DNA of 30,124 bases from Immundisolibacteraceae bacterium. Its GTDB lineage: Bacteria; Pseudomonadota; Gammaproteobacteria; Immundisolibacterales; Immundisolibacteraceae. The stretch lies in the NCBI GenBank assembly GCA_016763355.1, contig JAESTY010000294.1, positions 1 to 30,124 of the forward strand, given 5' to 3'. Shown piece by piece: positions 7,238 through 13,388 of the stretch. Within the stretch, counting starts at the first letter, position 1. Each line of letters begins with the position of its first letter. The translations under genes and the position numbers were made by a program. The notes beneath the pieces are model-generated. The model made no database searches. It worked only from the letters and a program-made list of their open reading frames with translations, and was not told where the DNA came from.

Positions 7238-7595
7238 TGACGTAGTTTATAACGGTATTTACAAGGGCGCAAAGGCTAAGGGTGCCGCTGATATCTCGGC
7301 GGTTAAGTACGCCAACATGGGCGCAAGGATGTACCGGCAATCATCGTTTTCTGGTGGCTCAGTTTCTAAGCTTATCGACAGCATGATACTGGAGGCTAGC
7401 AAGGAATCTAAGAAGTCTAAAAAGAGAATGGCACCAATGCCTGCGGTGATTGTCGCGGATAAAGTTAAGCCTAAGCCCAGGAGTAAGCCGTCAAAGCCTA
7501 AAGCGTTCGCAAGTAAGCCGTCGAGCATTGCAAGTCAGACGGTTCGCGATAGAAAGTTTGCTAGTGATGACGGCCTTTGGAGCAAGCCAATCTAA
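7227..7595 (+). CDS. Hypothetical 122-aa protein with Lys/Pro/Ser-rich basic C-terminal tail
   Basis: Likely start ATG 7227, overlapping the MTase stop; tail KVKPKPRSKPSKPKAFASKPSS. Confidence 0.7.
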   Translation: MDASDVVYNGIYKGAKAKGAADISAVKYANMGARMYRQSSFSGGSVSKLIDSMILEASKESKKSKKRMAPMPAVIVADKVKPKPRSKPSKPKAFASKPSSIASQTVRDRKFASDDGLWSKPI

Positions 7596-7633
7596 CTGGT
7601 CAGAGCAGTGTTTCAAGCAAAGTGATGTAATGT
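7595..7633 (+). promoter_or_regulatory. Box promoter B: ACTGGTCAGAGCAGT-N18-TAATGT
   Basis: Box 7595-7609, -10-like hexamer 7628-7633. Confidence 0.75.
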
Positions 7634-7653
7634 GAGTTAACTTAATTAAACGG

Positions 7654-7863
7654 ATGAACATCATGAGCAATCACAGCCCTTTCAACCCGAACATGACAGA
7701 GATAATCGAAGATCGCCAACGTAGCAGCCTTGGCAATCCTGAGAAAGTTAACGCGAAGATTAGCCAGGCAAGGTTAGCAACACGCCAAGGTATCGATAGC
7801 ATCTTGTATAGCCGCGAAATAGCCAAAATTAAATCATGCGCTATTGAGTGGTCGGAGCAGTGA
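7654..7863 (+). CDS. Hypothetical protein (66-69 aa)
   Basis: ORF directly downstream of promoter B. Confidence 0.65.
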   Translation: MNIMSNHSPFNPNMTEIIEDRQRSSLGNPEKVNAKISQARLATRQGIDSILYSREIAKIKSCAIEWSEQ

Positions 7864-7885
7864 AACCCGCTTAACGTGTTCTAAT
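7847..7885 (+). promoter_or_regulatory. Box promoter D: AGTGGTCGGAGCAGT-N18-TCTAAT
   Basis: Box 7847-7861, hexamer 7880-7885 with TGn extension. Confidence 0.65.
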
Positions 7886-7894
7886 TAGTCATCG

Positions 7895-8235
7895 AAACAA
7901 CAACGGAATTTGAATTATGAGCAAAAAAGAACAAAGTGAAGTTCTTGAAATTATTAGCAGTGGTGCTGATTCTGCGTACGGCATACTTCATGATGCTGAC
8001 CCTAAGTTAATATCTCGATTTAACCGAGTGGACGCGTCAATAGTTAAGCTACTAAGTGACGTTAAAGTGCATTTTCCTGACGCTATTTATTATACCGCTT
8101 CCGGAGGGTTTAATTTGATGCTGGGCGAGCCTCACAATGCGGATGGCGATAATCAAAGTGAGCTTATAGCTTGCGGCGGTAAAGCAAGCATTTCAGATGG
8201 CGATTTTTAAACAACAATGGAATTTGAATTATGAG
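7895..8235 (+). repeat. 27-bp direct repeat AAACAACAAYGGAATTTGAATTATGAG (7895-7921 and 8209-8235)
   Basis: 26/27 identity; each copy contains the RBS region and start codon of a gene. Confidence 0.9.
7917..8210 (+). CDS. Hypothetical protein (97 aa)
   Basis: ORF bracketed by the 27-bp repeats. Confidence 0.75.
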   Translation: MSKKEQSEVLEIISSGADSAYGILHDADPKLISRFNRVDASIVKLLSDVKVHFPDAIYYTASGGFNLMLGEPHNADGDNQSELIACGGKASISDGDF

Positions 8236-8482
8236 TACAACAATTGGCGAAAGCGTCACAATCGATATTAACGGTAAGACTCACGATGCAGTTGTAAGCG
8301 TTGACTATACCAAATTTGAAGCGGCAACTAACGATGACGAACAAATCGATGAGTTTTTCTACCTGTACGACTTTGCCATAAAGGATGGCGACGAATGGGA
8401 GCCAAGCAATGACATCAACCTTAGCTTTGTACGTGAAGATATTATCGAGCAACTCAAGGCGGCAAAGCGTGAGTCGATTTAA
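8231..8482 (+). CDS. Small acidic protein (83 aa)
   Basis: About 20 D/E versus 7 K/R by hand count. Confidence 0.75.
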   Translation: MSTTIGESVTIDINGKTHDAVVSVDYTKFEAATNDDEQIDEFFYLYDFAIKDGDEWEPSNDINLSFVREDIIEQLKAAKRESI

Positions 8483-8579
8483 CTCGGGGCGCAAAGTCCC
8501 GCGTCACGTTTATACGCTCATTGGATGCGTATTTGCCGTGGCGTTAATTGCAACTGTTATTAATGGAGTGTGGTGGTGA
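8469..8579 (+). CDS. 36-aa single-TM peptide (MSRFNSGRKVPRHVYTLIGCVFAVALIATVINGVWW)
   Basis: GTG start inside the upstream gene end; stop overlaps the next ATG. Confidence 0.5.
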   Translation: MSRFNSGRKVPRHVYTLIGCVFAVALIATVINGVWW

Positions 8580-8941
8580 TGAATTATTTAGAATTGAAGC
8601 TAATAAAGAAGATTGCTGACATTGAGGGTATTGATGTTGCGATGAACCTATCCAAAACTTATTGGTTAGACAAGGGCAGAGCAATACCTAATCCGGATGG
8701 CGATTGGTCGCTTGGTTATGAAGAGTACAACCCACTAACCGACAAAGCTTTGCTGTTTGACTTGATGGTTAAGCATAAAGTTGAGATTAACCACAATGAA
8801 GATGATAGTAATTTGGCGGTAATATGGCCTGGTGACATCGAGACATCAATGCTTATCGGTAATTACTTCGCGGAATTTAAAGGCATCGAAGACCTTCCCC
8901 GCGCAATCCTCGAATGCATAGTTGAGGCTAACCATGAATAA
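8579..8941 (+). CDS. NinX/ABA-sandwich-like phage protein
   Basis: YNPLTDKALLFDLMVKHKVEI...LPRAILECIV pattern resembles P22 NinX/DUF2591; start probably ATG 8579. Confidence 0.5.
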   Translation: MNYLELKLIKKIADIEGIDVAMNLSKTYWLDKGRAIPNPDGDWSLGYEEYNPLTDKALLFDLMVKHKVEINHNEDDSNLAVIWPGDIETSMLIGNYFAEFKGIEDLPRAILECIVEANHE

Positions 8942-9137
8942 CTTAAACGATTTAACGCTAGAGCAGAAAGCTACGATAGTTAAGAAGGCTAGATTTCGTG
9001 ACAAGCAACAAATGTCGATAAAGAATGTTGACCTTGTGGCATTCTTATTTGATTTAGAGCGAGCGCAGTCTATAAAATTATGCCATGAATTAGAGATATT
9101 CGACGGCGGAACAAGAGGAAAAGGCAGCAATATATGA
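8934..9137 (+). CDS. Hypothetical protein (67 aa)
   Basis: Coupled overlaps on both sides; start ATG 8934. Confidence 0.65.
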   Translation: MNNLNDLTLEQKATIVKKARFRDKQQMSIKNVDLVAFLFDLERAQSIKLCHELEIFDGGTRGKGSNI

Positions 9138-9322
9138 GCACCAAGACATCACCAGGCTTGATTACATTGCTTGAGAAGCACGATTACACGCCTACCGGTA
9201 AATGGCGGATAGACGTTAAGCAGGCGCATGAGTTTATGCCGCCAGCTCGCGTACCAGTCGAGAAGGAATCGCCGGTTGTGAAGAAGGTATCAGCGCTAGG
9301 CGTTACGGTAACTAAGCCGTGA
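9134..9322 (+). CDS. Hypothetical protein (62 aa)
   Basis: ATGA and GTGA overlaps with neighbours. Confidence 0.65.
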   Translation: MSTKTSPGLITLLEKHDYTPTGKWRIDVKQAHEFMPPARVPVEKESPVVKKVSALGVTVTKP

Positions 9323-9756
9323 AAATCGAATGTATCAAAGAGGCCGGCGGAATGTTTCGACCGGTCAACGATGCCGAATATGAGAAGACGGTTAAATTCA
9401 AAACGGGCGAGCAATACGTGATCGCCGTTAACCTTACTCGTAACCCGAAGTTTCACGCAAAAATGTTTGCCTTCTTTAATTTTTGTTTTAAATATTGGCG
9501 CGGAGATAATGAGTTTCAGTGTGAGGCTGCTCAATTTGATGTGTTTAGAAAGCACTTAACCGTGCTGGCTGGGTTTTATGATGAACTCTATACGATTAGT
9601 GGCAAATTAAGAATAGAGGCTAAATCGTTATCCTACGCGCAAATGAAGCAGGAAGAATTTGAGCAATGTTACAGCGCTTTAATTAACGCATCGATTAAAC
9701 ATGTATTTAAAGATGCTGACAACAACACGATCAATCAATTATACAATTTCTTCTAA
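9319..9756 (+). CDS. DUF1367 family protein (nin-region)
   Basis: RNPKFHAKMFAFF, FRKHLTVLAGFY, EAKSLSYAQMKQEEFEQCY. Confidence 0.85.
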   Translation: MKIECIKEAGGMFRPVNDAEYEKTVKFKTGEQYVIAVNLTRNPKFHAKMFAFFNFCFKYWRGDNEFQCEAAQFDVFRKHLTVLAGFYDELYTISGKLRIEAKSLSYAQMKQEEFEQCYSALINASIKHVFKDADNNTINQLYNFF

Positions 9757-9794
9757 CTGGTAAGAGCAGTTAAATCACTTATGTGATGTATATT
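9756..9794 (+). promoter_or_regulatory. Box promoter C: ACTGGTAAGAGCAGT-N18-TATATT
   Basis: Box 9756-9770, -10-like hexamer 9789-9794; spacer contains ATCACTTATGTGAT. Confidence 0.75.
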
Positions 9795-9819
9795 GGTTGC
9801 ATCTAACAAGGAGTATCAC

Positions 9820-9918
9820 ATGAAAAAGTTTAAGAAACATTGGGAAGTATTTAGTAATTCGCCTGCTATCGTAGTGCTGGCGTTTTTGGGTTTTGTTTTA
9901 ATTATGTGGAAATTTTAA
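9820..9918 (+). CDS. 32-aa single-TM peptide (MKKFKKHWEVFSNSPAIVVLAFLGFVLIMWKF)
   Basis: Manual translation; AAGGAG RBS; first ORF after promoter C. Confidence 0.65.
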   Translation: MKKFKKHWEVFSNSPAIVVLAFLGFVLIMWKF

Positions 9919-9934
9919 TTATGTGGAAATTTTA
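9901..9934 (+). repeat. Perfect 17-bp tandem duplication ATTATGTGGAAATTTTA x2
   Basis: 9901-9917 equals 9918-9934. Confidence 0.9.
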
Positions 9935-9936
9935 AT

Positions 9937-10674
9937 ATGAATACGGATAAATTAATACCGGCCAGCTTTGCGCGAAAGATTACGCCGTTTGTAATGAAAG
10001 ACGTTATGTGTGACGCCCACGGAAGGGAGTACACAATTAAATCACAGTCTCAACTTGACGATTTTAATGGTAAGCATAAGAGTGATGGTTATTTCTTCGT
10101 CGTATCATTCGCAGACCGCCCGAACACAGGTAAGCAGCCCGTTGGCGATGATGTGGTTGTTGATACGTCATGGAATGATGGGCTCGCAAATAATGAAGGA
10201 GATTCAAAAGCTAGCGAATATACATGGGTATCTCGTTCTGGGCTGGTGTCATGGAAACCTAACCACGCCGCAATGCTCGCGCAATACCTCGACAGCAAGT
10301 GTCCCGCCGATGATTTTATGGAGGCTGTTGAGGTTGGCGTTGAGGTTAAACCAATCTACACGCAAGCTATGTGCGATGCGGGTGAGTTGCCTCCGGTCGG
10401 TAGTGATTTTATTGATGAGGATGGAGATGTAAATCTATCGGTTGCTCATTACAAAGGCGATGTTATAGGCATGTGTGCCGACTCGCCATTCACAACTCTC
10501 GCTAAGGATTGCAAACCAATCCGCACCAATGCCGATAAGTTGCGTGATGCTATCTTGGTAATAATCGATAAACACGTTGGCTTTTCATTGCTAGAGGCTA
10601 ACAGTGATTTGTCTGCTGAGTTGCTAGCATCCGACAAATTCACTATCACACTAAACGAGCCTACTAGTGAGTAA
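9937..10674 (+). CDS. Hypothetical mosaic phage protein (245 aa)
   Basis: Long ORF containing a KPIYTQAMCDAGELPPVGS block that I recall from other phage hypotheticals (not verified). Confidence 0.75.
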   Translation: MNTDKLIPASFARKITPFVMKDVMCDAHGREYTIKSQSQLDDFNGKHKSDGYFFVVSFADRPNTGKQPVGDDVVVDTSWNDGLANNEGDSKASEYTWVSRSGLVSWKPNHAAMLAQYLDSKCPADDFMEAVEVGVEVKPIYTQAMCDAGELPPVGSDFIDEDGDVNLSVAHYKGDVIGMCADSPFTTLAKDCKPIRTNADKLRDAILVIIDKHVGFSLLEANSDLSAELLASDKFTITLNEPTSE

Positions 10675-11257
10675 CGCTAAACGCCGATGCTGCCATTGCA
10701 AGGAGTATCAATTAAAAGATAGCGGGTTAATAATTCCCGCTGGCTTTTTCTGTAATCTCGATCACGCAATGGCGTACGGAAAAAAGAAAGGCAAGGCGAA
10801 GCGTGTTAAGCAGGAGCGCGCCGAACATAGAGCGGCTAAGGTTAGGCTCAAGACGGCAGGCGAATACGTCAAAGAGGCTCAGGCGTCGATTAATGCTTAT
10901 GTTAGAATTAGGGATTATGGTAATACTTGTATTTGCTGTGGCGCCCAAATGAATTGGCATAAACTGGGCGGAGCTGTTGACGCTGGTCACTACCGCTCAA
11001 GGGGTGCCGCTAGTCACATGCGGTTTAACCTGTTTAATATTCACGCGCAATCGGTTAAATGCAACCGGTTTCTGTCGGGCAATGTCGTCGACTATCGAAT
11101 TAACTTGATTAAGAAAATAGGATTAGCAAAGGTCGAAGCGATAGAATGCGATAACACGCCAAGAAAATTCACCATTGAATATTTGCAGCGAGTGAAAAAG
11201 ATATTCAATAAGAAAACCAGACTTTATAAAAGGAAATTTAGGGATGCTGGCAACTAA
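10667..11257 (+). CDS. ninG: NinG/Rap recombination endonuclease
   Basis: RRCCHCK, EAQASINAYVRIRD, CICCG, DAGHYRSRGA, RFNLFNIHAQSVKCN, GNVVDYRINLIKKIG. Confidence 0.92.
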   Translation: MSNAKRRCCHCKEYQLKDSGLIIPAGFFCNLDHAMAYGKKKGKAKRVKQERAEHRAAKVRLKTAGEYVKEAQASINAYVRIRDYGNTCICCGAQMNWHKLGGAVDAGHYRSRGAASHMRFNLFNIHAQSVKCNRFLSGNVVDYRINLIKKIGLAKVEAIECDNTPRKFTIEYLQRVKKIFNKKTRLYKRKFRDAGN

Positions 11258-11411
11258 CGACATAATAGCGGCGTTCATACTCGGCGCCTGCGTGTGGTTA
11301 GTTGTGTTTGCTCTAATCGGCTGGCTCACTTGTCGCGAAATGGAAAAGATTGAGCAAGCCGAAGTGCCAGAGGATTTAGACGATCGCGACGAGTTTAGTG
11401 ATTTCTATTAG
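11244..11411 (+). CDS. 55-aa peptide with N-terminal TM helix and acidic tail
   Basis: Manual translation MLATNDIIAAFILGACVWLVVFALIGWLTCREMEKIEQAEVPEDLDDRDEFSDFY; overlaps the ninG stop; its stop overlaps the convergent gene stop. Confidence 0.6.
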   Translation: MLATNDIIAAFILGACVWLVVFALIGWLTCREMEKIEQAEVPEDLDDRDEFSDFY

Positions 11412-11803
11412 TTTTTTCCCTTCCAAAATGCCTCGCCTCCACCGTACTTAACTCCCCAGTAATATTTAAGGGCACGGCGGCGCTGTAGTCTTGTTGGCTT
11501 AAACCATTTGTGACTGTCGCGAGATATCAGCCTGAACATGTTATTTTTAAATGTCCTATCTGCTATTTCGCGATCTTCCTCGGTCACTCCAAATTCATAC
11601 TCCCAATCATGCGAGATACAAGCCGCTAAAATACTGGTGCCGTATATCGTTGATGGTGGCATAAACCACGAGCCAGCCGATCCGCAACCGTTACAAACCC
11701 TAACTAGTTCACACCGTGAAGCTAGCTTAAATGCGGCCGATGAATGAATTACACCCGCCCAAGCTAACTTCTGAGCATTCAGTAAGTCGTTTATATCAGT
11801 CAT
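11408..11803 (-). CDS. Phospholipase A2-like / DUF1353-like protein
   Basis: CNGCG loop, ACISHDWEY (CxxHDxxY), ADRTF, basic aromatic C-terminus. Confidence 0.6.
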   Translation of the reverse strand: MTDINDLLNAQKLAWAGVIHSSAAFKLASRCELVRVCNGCGSAGSWFMPPSTIYGTSILAACISHDWEYEFGVTEEDREIADRTFKNNMFRLISRDSHKWFKPTRLQRRRALKYYWGVKYGGGEAFWKGKN

Positions 11804-12212
11804 TAGGTATCACCCACAAATCACGAGGGCTAACTCCCGATAAATCCGACCGCACCAATGGTGTCCCGCCAGCCTCGGCAATTGCCGCAACCAGCTCCGA
11901 GCAATACCATCGAGTATTGTCCTGCCATCTAGCGCGAAAAGGAAAGCTGATTAATCCCGCCTTATCGTAGCCCTTGCCAATTTGAGCCATGCCAAACTTA
12001 AGCGCAGCATCTTCATCATCAAGCTTGTGATTAACGATTTGATATTCGCCGCGAGCCTTGAAGTCATCGATAGGTGTTCTGATGACTCCAATGAACCTAG
12101 CTTCAATCACAAAGCCGTCAAACACTACGCCGACATGATGCCAGCGACAACTAGTTATGGCGCGTATAAGCTTGCTTAGCGGCTCGTCATCAGTTGCAAA
12201 AATAACCTGCAT
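11796..12212 (-). CDS. Permuted papain-like amidase (YiiX/YebB/YaeF, C92 family)
   Basis: His motif WHHVGVV precedes Cys motif RWYCSELVA; QIGKGYD. Confidence 0.85.
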   Translation of the reverse strand: MQVIFATDDEPLSKLIRAITSCRWHHVGVVFDGFVIEARFIGVIRTPIDDFKARGEYQIVNHKLDDEDAALKFGMAQIGKGYDKAGLISFPFRARWQDNTRWYCSELVAAIAEAGGTPLVRSDLSGVSPRDLWVIPND

Positions 12213-12748
12213 TATGCGGTTATCCCGAAAGTAACCGTTGGCTTTTCGATGCCCCAGTCTGCACCGATAACCGCTAGTGATGCGTTAATTCTAGCTGCTG
12301 TCAGCTTCCAGTTTCCTGAGTTTTTAAACTTGCCAGATACGGTGATCACTCCTGCAACAAGCGTTGCTCCTAGATAGATCTCGTCATCGGTCGCTTTGCT
12401 GCCTGCATACCGCGTAACAGGTAGTAATAGCGGTGGATAACCCAGTGCCGCCGCATCCAATTGAGTTTGCAACGCGCCTTGATCGTCAACGATATCAAAC
12501 GACATATTTATCGTGTCACCCTCGGCGCCGATGTAAAAAGTGTTGAATGGTTGAGTTGCAAAGCCGTTAACTGTTACCGCCTCGTTAGCTGTGGTGAATA
12601 CGTCGAGCGGTGCGGGTGCTACTTGCTCAGGGTGCCACTCGTAACGCTTGACTGATGTGCCATTGGTTTCCTCAACCCAATCACCGTCAATAGGGTCGCG
12701 CTGAGGATCAATCGGTAGGCCGGTTTCCTTATCTAAAATAATAATCAT
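12212..12748 (-). CDS. Hypothetical tail-module protein (178 aa)
   Basis: Coupled in the tail operon; beta-rich. Confidence 0.7.
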   Translation of the reverse strand: MIIILDKETGLPIDPQRDPIDGDWVEETNGTSVKRYEWHPEQVAPAPLDVFTTANEAVTVNGFATQPFNTFYIGAEGDTINMSFDIVDDQGALQTQLDAAALGYPPLLLPVTRYAGSKATDDEIYLGATLVAGVITVSGKFKNSGNWKLTAARINASLAVIGADWGIEKPTVTFGITA

Positions 12749-12749
12749 G

Positions 12750-13388
12750 TTAATCCTTGTGTAAATATGGAACTCTAGTTATGCCAGTACGCAACCCTAG
12801 AGATGCAGACGATGGCGAGGCGCTTACTTGTATGGTGACCTTTATCGAGTCAGTGTAAGAAATTCCATAACCCAGTTCGACCGCCTCTCTTGGAAGTTGG
12901 AGTAAAACTATATTGCTAGAAGTGTTCCAGCTTAAGTCGTGATTAGCTCCAGCGCCCGCGCCAGATCCGTCGTTTGATGCGCGACTGTACGGCTTAAAGA
13001 AACCAACTAGTCCGCGACCGTCGGCAATGATCGACGTCGGCGTAATAAATGTTCTTAATGTGCCATCAGTCGTCACTCTCACAGTGCAGAAATCTCCGAC
13101 ATTTGTTGTTGATGGGCATATAACGTTAGTTAACACCCCTTCAACTCCTGATTCGTCAATAATAGTTTGCTCTGTCGTGTTCTGCACCATCGTTATGAAC
13201 GAGCCGTCAGCCGCCAATGATTTGGCACTGGCGGCTGTTATGGCGCTCCAAAAACTGGCGTTTTGCGGCTGAGTCGTTCCCGCCGAATCAATTTGAACGC
13301 CGCTAGATACTACTTCAAGAATGTCCATTCGCGTCTTGCTTAGTAATCCACTACCACCAATCTCGCCGCACTTTCCAAAGTTAGTCAT
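12750..13388 (-). CDS. Hypothetical tail-module protein (212 aa)
   Basis: Coupled downstream of the fibre gene; T/S/G-rich beta composition. Confidence 0.7.
   Translation of the reverse strand: MTNFGKCGEIGGSGLLSKTRMDILEVVSSGVQIDSAGTTQPQNASFWSAITAASAKSLAADGSFITMVQNTTEQTIIDESGVEGVLTNVICPSTTNVGDFCTVRVTTDGTLRTFITPTSIIADGRGLVGFFKPYSRASNDGSGAGAGANHDLSWNTSSNIVLLQLPREAVELGYGISYTDSIKVTIQVSASPSSASLGLRTGITRVPYLHKD

Noticed and set aside
11070-11075. NinG motif near here reads HAQSVKCN rather than CxxC
   Set aside because: A single substitution; the other motifs are intact, so there is no basis to call it inactive or novel.
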